The position numbers and the translations under genes are program-made. From Promethearchaeota archaeon Loki_b32 (lineage in GTDB: Archaea; Asgardarchaeota; Lokiarchaeia; Sigyniarchaeales; SOKP01): a stretch of 61,298 nucleotides of DNA. Positions 20,120 through 30,637 of the stretch are shown piece after piece. The stretch lies in contig NJBH01000022.1 of NCBI GenBank assembly GCA_005223125.1, positions 1 to 61,298 of the forward strand. Direction: 5' to 3'. Numbering within the stretch: position 1 is the stretch's first letter; the number at the start of each line of letters is the position of its first letter. The notes under the pieces are model-generated. The model worked only from the letters and a program-made list of their open reading frames with translations. It was not told the DNA's origin and ran no database searches.

Positions 20120-22027
20120 TTGCCGCTACACACGAATCATGATAATTCTGAAATATTGAAAAAATATAATAAAAAACAAGTATCTTTAGAAGATGCTATC
20201 AAAAAATATGTAAAACCAGGAAATCGTATTTTTATCGATTCTGGTTGCTCTGAACCAATTGATCTTACAAAAAAATTAATTGAAATGGGGTTGAATCTTC
20301 CAGATGTAGAGATATTGCATTTTCTTAGCCTTAGCGATCTAGATTATTATGAGACTGCAGGTGGTATTGAAGATTTATTTAGACATAATGCATTTTTTAT
20401 TGGAAAATCATTACGGCAGTATGTTGAGGTTGGTCAAGCTGATTATACTCCAATGCTTCTTTCAGAAATTCCTAAATTATTTAAATCTGGAAAGATGCAT
20501 TTAGATACAGCATTAATTCAAGTTAGTCCTCCAGATAGGTACGGATTTTGTAGTTTTGGGATTAATATTGATATTGTTAAACCAATAGCAGAATCCGCTG
20601 ACTATGTTATAGCAGAAATTAATCCAAAAATGCCTCGTACTTTAGGCGATTCTTTTATTCATATGGATGATATTGACGCATTTGTTCTGAGCAATCATGA
20701 TATTATAGAATTTACATATGGTGAGCTTGATGAAGTTTCTATAAAAATAGCTAAATTTGTTGCTTCTCTAATTGAAGATGAATCTACAATTCAAATGGGA
20801 ATAGGGCAAATTCCTAATGCGGTCACCAAAGAATTAACGGAAAAAAAAGATTTAGGGGTTCATAGCGAAGTATTTTCTGATGGTATCGTGGATCTTGTAG
20901 AAAAGGGCGTTGTAACATGTAAAAAAAAGACACTCCATAAAGATAAGATCATTTGTTCTTTTGTTATGGGTTCCAAAAAGTTATATGATTTTGTTGATGA
21001 TAATCCTATGGTAGAATTCCATCCTTGTGATTATACAAATGATCCTTTTATAATTAGTCGAAATAAAAAACAGGTAGCTATAAATGCTGCCTTAAGTGTT
21101 GATTTGACGGGGCAAGTGAATTCAGATTCTTTAGGTCATCGTTTTTATAGTGGAATTGGAGGTCAAGTAGATTTTGTAAGAGGCGCTGGTAGATCAATAG
21201 AGGGAAAACCAATTATGACTCTACCCTCTACTGCCACTTTAAAAGATGGAACTATTGTATCTCGAATAGTTCCTTACCTTCAACCTGGTTCAGGTGTAGT
21301 AATCACAAGAGGAGAAGTACATTATGTTGTAACTGAATGGGGTATTGCATATCTCTATGGGAAAAGTGTGAGAGAAAGGGTTCTTGAAATGATAAATATC
21401 GCACATCCCGATTTTCGAGAAGAATTACTCGAACACGCAAAAAAATGGAAGTATGTGTATTCAGACCAAAAGTTGCCCATTTCTATTGATGGAAGAATTA
21501 GCGTTTATCCAGAGAAATATAAGACATTATTAAAACTCAAAAATGGAAAAACATTAAAAATCCGTCCTGTAAAACCAACCGATGAGAGAATGATTCAAGA
21601 ACTTCATTATTCTTTAGATGATCAAGATCGGTATTTAAGATTTTTTATTCCTGTAAAGGATTTTCGTCATAAAAAAATCCAACCTATGGTTAATATTGAC
21701 TATTCAACAGATATGATTTTAGTAGGTGAAGTTAGTGAAAAAGGAGAAGAGCAAATTATAGGTTTAGGTGCTTTTTTCAAAACAGTTCAACCTTCTGTTG
21801 CAGAGATAGCATTTGTAGTTCATAAAGATTGGAGAGGGTTAGGAATAACCAAGTTTTTATTAAATTACTTAGTACAAATAGGGAAAGAACTTAATTATAG
21901 GTCGTTTACTGGTTCGATTTTGCTTCAGAACAAACCAATGCTTCATATTATTAATAGTTCGGGATACTTGCTAAAACTTAAGAGAATAGAGGGTGGAGTC
22001 ACCATATTCGCCTTTGATCTTTCTTAA
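20120..22027 (+). CDS. Acetyl-CoA hydrolase/CoA-transferase fused to a C-terminal GNAT domain
   Basis: QVSPPD, QMGIG, HSE, SGIGGQVDF, VTEWG; C-terminal IRPV..YLRFF..AEIAFVVHKDWRGLG. Confidence 0.9.
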   Translation: MPLHTNHDNSEILKKYNKKQVSLEDAIKKYVKPGNRIFIDSGCSEPIDLTKKLIEMGLNLPDVEILHFLSLSDLDYYETAGGIEDLFRHNAFFIGKSLRQYVEVGQADYTPMLLSEIPKLFKSGKMHLDTALIQVSPPDRYGFCSFGINIDIVKPIAESADYVIAEINPKMPRTLGDSFIHMDDIDAFVLSNHDIIEFTYGELDEVSIKIAKFVASLIEDESTIQMGIGQIPNAVTKELTEKKDLGVHSEVFSDGIVDLVEKGVVTCKKKTLHKDKIICSFVMGSKKLYDFVDDNPMVEFHPCDYTNDPFIISRNKKQVAINAALSVDLTGQVNSDSLGHRFYSGIGGQVDFVRGAGRSIEGKPIMTLPSTATLKDGTIVSRIVPYLQPGSGVVITRGEVHYVVTEWGIAYLYGKSVRERVLEMINIAHPDFREELLEHAKKWKYVYSDQKLPISIDGRISVYPEKYKTLLKLKNGKTLKIRPVKPTDERMIQELHYSLDDQDRYLRFFIPVKDFRHKKIQPMVNIDYSTDMILVGEVSEKGEEQIIGLGAFFKTVQPSVAEIAFVVHKDWRGLGITKFLLNYLVQIGKELNYRSFTGSILLQNKPMLHIINSSGYLLKLKRIEGGVTIFAFDLS

Positions 22028-22168
22028 TTATTAAATACCAAGAATTAATTATATTCTAAAATACATAATTTCATTTTCATTGCGTTTTTCTTCTAACTAA
22101 TGAATTGTCTTTAAAAATTTCTATGTCAAAAATTAGTGAAGGGTTATTGCTGACTTTCATAAAAAATT

Positions 22169-23455
22169 TTATTTCAATTTCTTGGTCTTTAAATATTCTG
22201 CAATTTTAATTGCTAATCTTTCTTGCTTCTTCCATTCTCCAAATGCGCTTCCTTTTGAGATGAGGGACTTAATTTCCCTCTTATAAATATCTTTTATTCT
22301 TGTGACAGAAGCCATAGCAAAGGGGGTTTGAGGTAAAGGAATAAATGAGTGAGCATGTACTCGCGCCCCCTTATTTGATAATTCTTTCATCATTCCTATT
22401 GTAAGTTTTATATCTTCTTCATTTTCTCCGGGTAAGCCGAAAATAAAGTCTATATTTATTTTTAAATCGTTTTTTAAAGTTAAATCTACAGCATTATATA
22501 TATCTTCGACTGAATGACCTCTATGGCATGAATCCAATATGCTTTGACTACCTGATTGCGCTCCGATAGTGATATTATCATTATTCGCATATTTTAAAAC
22601 TAAATCTAAGGTATCATTACTGACATGTTCTGGTCGTACTTCTGATGGAAATGTCCCCAAAAATATTCTAGCATTTTTACCGATTATTTCTCTGATATTA
22701 ATGAGTAGGTCTTCAAGTTTTTTTAAATCCAAATTCTTTCCATCTTTAGAACCATAGGAAAAAGCATTTGGAGTAATAAACCTTATATCTGTATTATCTC
22801 CATAATGAGTTGCTAATACTTGAACGTACTTACAAATAGATTCGATACTTCTATGTCGAGGAGAAGTCCCTAAAATGTAGGGTGTTTGACAAAAATAACA
22901 AACATAGGGGCATCCTCTAGTTATTTCAATTGCCCCAAATCTAGTATTTTTAACAGGGAATGGCGGATATTCATCTAAATTAATTAAGTCGCGCTTACCA
23001 GTAAATTTATATTCAGTAACATCATTTATATAGGCAATTCCTTTAACCATAGAATAATTTTCATTGTTAGCGATTTTTTGCATAATATCTACTATTGTTC
23101 CCTCACCTTCACCCACTATAACAATATCAAAACCCATTCTCAAAGTTCCAAAAGGATCTCCTGTTGGGTGAGAACCACCTGCAACAATCAAACACTTCTC
23201 GGGGAATAGATTTTTCAATTTCTGAACCAAGTCATATGTTTCAAAAAGCTGAATAGTGGAAAATGAAATTCCTAATACAATTTTTTTGTAGGTCTTAATA
23301 GCTTCTTCGAGGCCCATTAAAAGTTTATCCTGGGATCGAGCGAAATAAAAATCAATACTATCAAACACCTCGTCTGTCTCAAGTGCTCCAGCAATAGCAT
23401 TTAAACTGTAAAAATTCTGTTTATGATAATAAATAATAAATGCGATTTTATTCAA
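22169..23455 (-). CDS. B12-binding domain / radical SAM protein
   Basis: GGSHPTG, GEGE, EITRGCPYVCYFC (CxxxCxxC), DFIFGLPGE. Confidence 0.9.
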   Translation of the reverse strand: MNKIAFIIYYHKQNFYSLNAIAGALETDEVFDSIDFYFARSQDKLLMGLEEAIKTYKKIVLGISFSTIQLFETYDLVQKLKNLFPEKCLIVAGGSHPTGDPFGTLRMGFDIVIVGEGEGTIVDIMQKIANNENYSMVKGIAYINDVTEYKFTGKRDLINLDEYPPFPVKNTRFGAIEITRGCPYVCYFCQTPYILGTSPRHRSIESICKYVQVLATHYGDNTDIRFITPNAFSYGSKDGKNLDLKKLEDLLINIREIIGKNARIFLGTFPSEVRPEHVSNDTLDLVLKYANNDNITIGAQSGSQSILDSCHRGHSVEDIYNAVDLTLKNDLKINIDFIFGLPGENEEDIKLTIGMMKELSNKGARVHAHSFIPLPQTPFAMASVTRIKDIYKREIKSLISKGSAFGEWKKQERLAIKIAEYLKTKKLK

Positions 23456-23660
23456 GTAGGAATTACCTAACTTTATTATTCCATCAATCAGATATTATAT
23501 AATACACTATTTTTTAAATTAAATTTATGATTCTTTATTTTATAAAAACGATTTTTTTACGCTTTAGATTTAGTCTCCCATGATTATTTATATTCTATTT
23601 TTTATTATTAATTTAAAAATCAAATTAACAAAAATATAAAAGAGGAAAAAGGAGTTCTCG

Positions 23661-24125
23661 ATGTTTTTTAATGATTTTATAGCAACTATTGTTGATGAAG
23701 TTGGGATTTCATGGTTTGACTTCTATTCAATAGGGCATATTTGTTTAGGTGTCGGTTTGTTTTTATTCTGGTCATTATTTTACACCATTCCAAAGAAGAA
23801 AGGAAGGGTCCCAGTATTCTCGTTGCTCTTTGTTTTTATACTTACAATTGTATGCGCAATACTCTGGGAAATCATTGAAAATATGGTATTCCTTGAATTA
23901 GGGTGGAAATTTGAAAACCGACCAGATAGTTGGCAGAATATGTCTACAGATGTTTTACTATGCGCAGTTGGCGGACTTGGAACTTGGCTTTTTGCATATT
24001 TAATTTTTGAAAAGGAAAGGAGTGCATTCGGATATTATACATTTGGAATAATTGGGTTTGGAGTTTGGATTGGTATCTTCATAATACTTCGCTATTTAAC
24101 ATTACATAATTCTCCAATTATCTAA
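23661..24125 (+). CDS. Membrane protein with putative metal-binding D/H/WE..EN/D motifs (DUF2585-like)
   Basis: DFYSIGH, LWEIIEN, DSWQN..D. Confidence 0.65.
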   Translation: MFFNDFIATIVDEVGISWFDFYSIGHICLGVGLFLFWSLFYTIPKKKGRVPVFSLLFVFILTIVCAILWEIIENMVFLELGWKFENRPDSWQNMSTDVLLCAVGGLGTWLFAYLIFEKERSAFGYYTFGIIGFGVWIGIFIILRYLTLHNSPII

Positions 24126-24161
24126 TCTATTTTTTATTTTTTAATTTGAGTTCTAAGAGAA

Positions 24162-24929
24162 ATGTCTGAACTTCGAGATTTCGTTGAGTTTGAAGAAGGA
24201 AATATTCCTTTAATTATTTCTGTACCACATGGGGGAATTTTAGAGTGCAGTTCTATACCTGAAAGAACAAAAGGAGTTTTGGGTATTGATAAAGGAACAT
24301 TCGAATTTTCGAAGAATTTAATTGAACAAATTAGTTTAAAATTCAAAGCTAAAACAATATTACACAAAGCTCCTTTTTATATTTTCTCAAAAGTCCGGCG
24401 AAGCAAAATTGATTTAAATCGTGAGAAAAGTGAAGCATATAATCAAAATTCATTTCTTGCTAGAGAAATTTATAAATTTTACCACACTAAAATCCAGGAA
24501 TGGGTATTTAACAATCTCAAGAGGTATGGTCGCTCTTTAATGATAGATATCCATGGCTTTGAAAAAGGTAGACGCCCTCCAGGGTTTCGAGATGTTGATG
24601 TGATTTTAGGAACAAACAATTTAGAATCTTTCTTTCCTGAACCAATCCCAAAAAAAAATTGGGGAAAAAACCTCCGTGGAAAATTAATTCAAAAATTTCT
24701 TCAATTAGATATACCAATCGCTCCGGGTCATCCAAGAAGGAGAGAATATGTCTTGAGTGGAGGGTACATAACGCGAAAATATGGCGCATCTCATGTTCCA
24801 AAAAGTCAGACAATTCAGATTGAGTTTTCTGATAGAATAAGAATAGATGATAAAGAATTAAGAGAAAATGTTATAAGAGTAATTACAGATATTCTTTTTA
24901 AGGATTTAACACATGTTTATGATTATTGA
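24162..24929 (+). CDS. N-formylglutamate amidohydrolase family protein
   Basis: ISVPHGG, RSKIDLNR, YH, IDIHG, SGGYIT, IQIE. Confidence 0.82.
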   Translation: MSELRDFVEFEEGNIPLIISVPHGGILECSSIPERTKGVLGIDKGTFEFSKNLIEQISLKFKAKTILHKAPFYIFSKVRRSKIDLNREKSEAYNQNSFLAREIYKFYHTKIQEWVFNNLKRYGRSLMIDIHGFEKGRRPPGFRDVDVILGTNNLESFFPEPIPKKNWGKNLRGKLIQKFLQLDIPIAPGHPRRREYVLSGGYITRKYGASHVPKSQTIQIEFSDRIRIDDKELRENVIRVITDILFKDLTHVYDY

Positions 24930-25553
24930 TTAAACTTTATTTAGTGAAAATAATATTTTTCGTACGATTCGATTTATAAATTTGCTTTTTTGAATCTTAC
25001 AAATGTGAGCAACTTTCTTGTAATTAAACGATTCTGCTAATGTGTCAAGATAAGAGATATTATATAAAATTGAGATATTATGATCGTTTCTCATGAATAA
25101 TTTATCAAGTTCTTCTTGAATCTTATTTTCATTAATTTTTGATTTTCTTAATATCCGTTTTTTTATCTCTTTAATTGAGTCTCCAAAATTAAGGTCTCTG
25201 ATGCTTGAAATAAGAGAATTTAAAACTAGGGAGTAAATAATAATTGTATTAATATTTTCAGCCTCCTTTAACGTTTCAAACTTAAGCTGAAGGTCTTGAT
25301 AGATTTCTCTAATATAATTTTCATCCATTCCCTTTATTCTTTTAAAGAGATTGAGAAATTCTAAATATTTTCCATCTAAAAATAAATCTAAATTTTGATT
25401 GAAAAGATCTTTAAACTTCCTTATTATTTGCCCAGAATTGCTTATCTTTAGAGAAATTTCAGGTGTTCTCCCAATAATTATATCATGACCACCCTTATAG
25501 AATTGTTGGTTTATTAAATTATCAGTCGCATCATATAAACGTTCTAAAACCAT
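24930..25553 (-). CDS. Hypothetical protein
   Basis: 207-aa ORF. Confidence 0.6.
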   Translation of the reverse strand: MVLERLYDATDNLINQQFYKGGHDIIIGRTPEISLKISNSGQIIRKFKDLFNQNLDLFLDGKYLEFLNLFKRIKGMDENYIREIYQDLQLKFETLKEAENINTIIIYSLVLNSLISSIRDLNFGDSIKEIKKRILRKSKINENKIQEELDKLFMRNDHNISILYNISYLDTLAESFNYKKVAHICKIQKSKFINRIVRKILFSLNKV

Positions 25554-25864
25554 TCTTATTGTAAAACACCTAATACCAAATTTTGTCGATATTTATTCTA
25601 TTCAAATTATAAAAATACACTGATTTAATTTTTTGCATTATCTAATTAAATTCTTGAAAATGCTGTTTTAAGGCAAAATAATATAAGTATAATACACTAT
25701 AAGGTTTTAATCTCGACTTTCTTATATATTTCTGCGTTTTTTATCCATTAAACTAAAAAAAAGAAATAAAACCTTTTTATATAATTATAACCTTTTAATA
25801 TTGTTATTTATGTAATATATTTTTAAACAATTTTCAAAAATAAGAATAAAATTACAAAAGAAGG

Positions 25865-26311
25865 TTGAAAATTAAAATGGTTGACGAATCATTATTAAAA
25901 GATATGAAGGCTGCTCAAGATGCTGGTGCAGCTTCTGCTTCACCAGAAGTTATGATGAAGGTTTTTAGTTTCATCAAGCAGATCTCTACAGAGAACGAAG
26001 ATCTTAAAGAAGAATTAGAGGATATGGACATAGCCATTCAGATGGTCATCACGGATGCAGATAAGAAGCATTGGTTAACAGTAAAAGAAGGTGCTTTAGA
26101 ATTTGGTGAAGGAAATGTGGATAATCCTTCATTCACGATGTCTTCGACGCTCGAAGTTGGTGCAGGAATACTTATGGGAGAGGTGGATGCTACTTCTGCA
26201 TATATGGCTGGCGATATTACAGTAGAAGGTAATCTACAGGACGCGATGGCCTTTCAAGAGATTATTGAGCTCGCACTCGAAGCATATGAAGATTTAATAG
26301 AAGATTTATAA
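25865..26311 (+). CDS. SCP2 sterol/lipid-binding domain protein
   Basis: ILMGEVDATSAYMAGDITVEGNLQDAM. Confidence 0.88.
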   Translation: MKIKMVDESLLKDMKAAQDAGAASASPEVMMKVFSFIKQISTENEDLKEELEDMDIAIQMVITDADKKHWLTVKEGALEFGEGNVDNPSFTMSSTLEVGAGILMGEVDATSAYMAGDITVEGNLQDAMAFQEIIELALEAYEDLIEDL

Positions 26312-26467
26312 ATTTAACCTCTCTATTCACTATATTCTTTATTACAATCTCTTTTTTTTTATTAATTTAGTTTATTTAAACCTATTCAGTTTTAATTCTG
26401 TCTAATTATATTAGATCTAGATTTTCTAAAAAAGATTTTACTTTATAAGAGTAATATTAATTTAGAA

Positions 26468-26545
26468 TGGCGCGGCTAGCGGGATTTGAACCCGCGTCGC
26501 AGGAGTGACAGTCCCGAATGCTAGACCGGGCTACACTATAGCCGC
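26468..26545 (-). tRNA. tRNA-Asp(GTC), intronless, CCA encoded
   Basis: Reverse complement GCGGCTATAGTGTAGCCCGGTCTAGCATTCGGGACT-GTC-ACTCCTGCGACGCGGGTTCAAATCCCGCTAGCCGCGCCA folds as a cloverleaf. Confidence 0.95.
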
Positions 26546-26755
26546 GCGTGTAAAAACTTTAGGAAATTTTAAAACAGATGAGGATATAAAAGTTATATTC
26601 TATAAATTTATATTCTCAGAATAGAAAATATATGAAAATATAAAAATTTTATTCTGAATAGCACTTATAACACTCACTAGAAAGATTTATATTGTTAAAA
26701 GGCGATGAAGATTATAAGGAATATTTAGGTATAACAATATAATATATTTGAATTA

Positions 26756-27211
26756 GTGTCAAGTCTATATACTATGCTTAATTCGAAGAGTTTCAATTCT
26801 GTCATCCATGATTTGGAGAACCATGATGGGGAATTTATCGCGGTCTTAGATAGAATCATAAAGTTTATTGTGAATAGATTCAAAAATATTGAAGAACTAC
26901 GCGAGGAGATACTAGAGTATGATGATACATACCAAATTATCATTACAGATATGAACTTTAACTTTTGGTTAAAATTATCTAATGGTTCGATTATTTACAA
27001 AAAAGGAGTTAATAGAAGCGCGTCATTTAGAGTTATATATACTAAGGATATAATGGTTAAAATTCTAAAACGTGAGATGTATGGAACCGATGCTTTTATG
27101 AAAGGAATTATAAAGGTTGATGGAGATCTTTCACAAGGTTTACGATTTATAAAATTATTTCGCTTGTTTATAAAATACTTAAATAATGGTTTTAAAAAGG
27201 AAAATATCTAA
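26756..27211 (+). CDS. SCP2 domain protein (second copy)
   Basis: ILKREMYGTDAFMKGIIKVDGDLSQG. Confidence 0.8.
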   Translation: MSSLYTMLNSKSFNSVIHDLENHDGEFIAVLDRIIKFIVNRFKNIEELREEILEYDDTYQIIITDMNFNFWLKLSNGSIIYKKGVNRSASFRVIYTKDIMVKILKREMYGTDAFMKGIIKVDGDLSQGLRFIKLFRLFIKYLNNGFKKENI

Positions 27212-27327
27212 AATTATTCTATTTTTCATTAATTAATTTCAAGAAATTATTGAGTTATTCTTTAATCTAATTCAATAAGATTTTTTAGAAATAGAGAATG
27301 AAAATAATATAACGTGCTTTTTTATAA

Positions 27328-27353
27328 GGGCTTGTAATCTAGTCTGGATAGGT
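27328..27353 (+). repeat. Partial copy of the 5' part of the downstream tRNA, in intron-less form
   Basis: GGGCTTGTAATCTAGTCTGGATAGGT versus predicted spliced GGGCCTGTAATCTAGCCTGGATAGGG (23/26 identical). Confidence 0.7.
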
Positions 27354-27519
27354 AGAAAATTCTGCTCTAGAAAGGGTTCTTATTTTTTTTATTTATTTAT
27401 TTGTGATCTCGAATTTAAAGCAAATATTTTTTTGAAATAATAGATGATAATATTATAACTTGAATTATTTTAGTTTTTAAGAAATGCATTTAAGAAAATA
27501 TCAAATTTAGACTAATTAA

Positions 27520-27653
27520 GGGCCTGTAATCTAGCCTGGATTTCTATTTCCAATACGGAAAGTACCAGTAAGGGTGCCCGGCTTCGGACAAATTCGGCGG
27601 TTTTCGGCGAGCTTCGTTTTGGGATGTCGCAGGTTCAAATCCTGCCTGGCCCA
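27520..27653 (+). tRNA. Intron-containing tRNA, probably tRNA-Arg(TCG) (Pro-CGG not excluded); D-loop intron plus anticodon-arm insertion
   Basis: GGGCCTG..CTGGCCCA acceptor (one T-T mismatch); T-arm GCAGG-TTCAAAT-CCTGC; BHB CTGG/CCAG with ATT and TAA bulges delimiting intron 27542-27570; CCCGG-CT-TCG-GA followed by a ~30-nt insertion. Confidence 0.7.
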
Positions 27654-27785
27654 CTCTTAAGACTTTAAAATAATCTAGTTCTAGATTATAATCTCTTTTT
27701 AGTTTTTCTAGTCAAAAATCCACACGATCAGCCCATTCTATAAGTTTTAGAATAAAAATCGATTTAAGCTATTTTTAGTAATAAT

Positions 27786-29744
27786 TTATTTATTGAATAA
27801 GCTTACAATAAATATGGCTCCCTTATGTCTTCCTTCAGATTTTACGAGAATTTTACCACCATGTAATTCGATTATTTCTTTCGAGATATATAACCCAAGA
27901 CCAGATCCTTCAATATCAACACCTAAGTCCATACCATATCTTTCAATCTTACCGAATTTTTCAAATAATAATCCTTTTTCTTCATCTGTTATTCCGATAC
28001 CATTATCTCTAATTTGAATATCAGTGTAATCTTGTTTTTCAATGATGTTAACATGTATTTCACCATTTTTTGGTGTATTTTTAATAGCGTTTGATAGGAG
28101 GTTTGTGATTACTTGTTGGAGTCTAATTTTATCAATATTCAAATATACAGCATCTGGAAGTATCACATTTATAGTTTGATTACGATTATTTGTGAGGTAA
28201 GTCATTTCCTCAACACATTCCCTTATTAGTTTTGAGATATTTTGATTCCTTATTTTTAATTCTAATTTACCTGTTTCGATTCTTGAAGCATCAATTAAAT
28301 TTCCTACTAATTTCTTTAATCTCAGAGCCCCTCTATGAAGAATTTCAACGAAGTTCAATACATCATCATCTAATTTTTCTTTGAGATGTTTTAAGAGTAT
28401 TTGAGAAGCACCATAGATAGATGTTAAAGGAGTCTTTAATTTATGTGAAACTCGTATAATAATATCTCTTCTCATTTTGTTGAGTTCTAATAATTTTTTA
28501 TTTTCTTCAAGAATAATTCTTTCTGCCTTAATTTTTTCAGTAATATCTAATGTGGCAACAAGATCTGCTAATTTTCCTTTGTAATTTATTGTTTTGGATA
28601 TAATCTCTAGCCATATGATTTCACCGGATTTTTTAATGACCTTAAATTGTAGATTAGCTATCACGCCATTTGAATTAAAATATTTTTCATTAGCAATTTC
28701 TTTAACCATTTGTCTATCTTCAGGATGTATATGTAGAAAAAACTCTTTTGGCTCCCAATTTAAAATTTCATTAGAAGAATAACCTAAAGTTTTTGTAAAT
28801 TGTTGATTAACATACATAAACTTGAAATCTTGTAGGATTGCAATTCCTATAAAGGACTGTTCTGTAATAGTTCTGAATTTTTCTTCTGATTCTATTATTT
28901 TATGATCAGCAAGCTTACGATCTGTTATATCTTCAACTATAACTTAAATTAAATTCCTGTTACTTAATTTAACTAAAGATGAATGTAAAAATACCCATAT
29001 TAAACTTCTATCTTTCTTATAGAGTTGAATTTCTTTTGGAGTAGGAGTTTCTTCTTTAGATAAAGTTCTGAATCCATTCAAAACTATGGGTAAGAATTCT
29101 TTGGGAACAAGTTTTAGATTAATGAAATTTTTCCCTATCAGTTCTTCTTTTTTATAATTAAACACTCTTTCCACAGACGAGTTACATTTGAGAATTTTTC
29201 CATTAAAATCCATTAAAGCCACAGCAAAAGGAGAATCTTCAAATAATTGTCGATAATTTTCTTCTGATTCTATTAATTTTTGTTCTGAGACCTTTGATTC
29301 AGTTATATCATCAAATACGGTAATAAATTCCCCTTTATTTGGAGATCTTGTAGAAATTTTAAAGTAAGTATCCATTGGTGGAAAATAAGTTTCAAATGAG
29401 AGTGATTCTTGGGTTTCAGCTACTTTTGAATATAATTCTAAATACGGTGCTTGCTCAACATTATATACTTCAGTGGCTGTTTTATTTTTTACATCCTCTC
29501 TTTTAATTGAAAGAATTTTTTCATATTGGGGATTTACATCTGTAATTACATAATTAATAGGATATCCCCTGGCATCATAAACAATTTTATGAAAAGCTAT
29601 CCCACTCGTTGAACTCTTAAATAGAAAGTCATATTTAGTTTTCAACTTTTTAATATCTTCTTCTAATTCTAGGTTTTCATTAGAATTAGTTAAGCTGACT
29701 TTTTTATACTTGTCTCTCTCAATTTTTTGTTCTAGTTTTTCCAT
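27786..29744 (-). pseudogene. Multi-PAS sensor histidine kinase interrupted by an in-frame TAA
   Basis: The two track ORFs are in the same frame. After TAA at 28944-28946 the frame continues VIVEDITDRKLADHKIIESEEKFRTITEQSFIGIAILQDFKFMY into the second ORF. H-box SHKLKTPLTSI; N, G1 and G2 boxes NLLSNAIK, DNGIG, GSGLGL. Confidence 0.85.
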
Positions 29745-30328
29745 TTAATAACCCTTACCCATATTCTGCCGAATTAAAAAAAAATTTATAGATTATTATC
29801 AAAATCATTAATTCTCCTAAAGAACTCATTTTAAACGACTTTTACATATATACTTAGAAGTTTTTTAATATTATGTTAAAAGAAATATTATTCCATAAAG
29901 CCTAATTAATGTGTAATTTTTTATTAACTGTTTTAAGACTGATAAGATTTAAAAGAAAATTATCAAATTTTAATAATTTTACATAAAGATATAATATTTG
30001 GTTATTTAAATCTTTTTCTTTTTCTGATTTTTGCCTTACACAGAAACATTGAATTCTATTAAAATTTTATAGTTTTTAGCATTGTAGAGTGTTAAATCTC
30101 AAATTTTTAATTGCGATTAATTACTTATTTAAATTTAATAACTAGAAATTTAATAAAAATGTGTAATAAGATAAATTTTTTATATGCTTTATCTCGTAAT
30201 TTTATGCAAAAAAGAATGTTTATATACAAAAATCTTTATTAATTATAAAAAACATTTTAAAGTAAAAAAATACGGAAGTATAGAATTTTACTTTAAAGAC
30301 TGTATATATATAAAAAAGTGATTAATAA

Positions 30329-30637
30329 ATGCCAAGTTTGGAAATAAATGAATTGATGGTTCTAATAATCTTATCAATTCCAGTAGCTTTTTCACCTTAT
30401 CTTTTAAAAAAGAGAAGGGATATAATAAAATGGTTTCCAGGTTATTACGCTCTATTTATGGTGTTTCTATCAACAAACCTAGAAGCCTTTGTGGCACCTG
30501 ATACTTTTAATTTCATGGAGCACTTTTTTGCGATGATGGCGGGGATCCTAATGTGTGTTGCTGCTCTCTATGAATCCTACAGTAAGATCTTAAAAGGAAA
30601 ACCAATCAAATTAAATATAAAAAAGGTTGAACGGTGA
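30329..30637 (+). CDS. Small 3-TM membrane protein overlapping the downstream chemoreceptor gene
   Basis: Three hydrophobic segments; overlaps the next ORF start. Confidence 0.7.
   Translation: MPSLEINELMVLIILSIPVAFSPYLLKKRRDIIKWFPGYYALFMVFLSTNLEAFVAPDTFNFMEHFFAMMAGILMCVAALYESYSKILKGKPIKLNIKKVER

Noticed and set aside
28944-28946. TAA readthrough or stop-codon reassignment (in-frame TAA here and at 55591-55593)
   Set aside because: TAA terminates many conserved genes in the window (rps19e, rpl39e, ftsY), and both interrupted genes carry a second lesion, so pseudogenisation is simpler.
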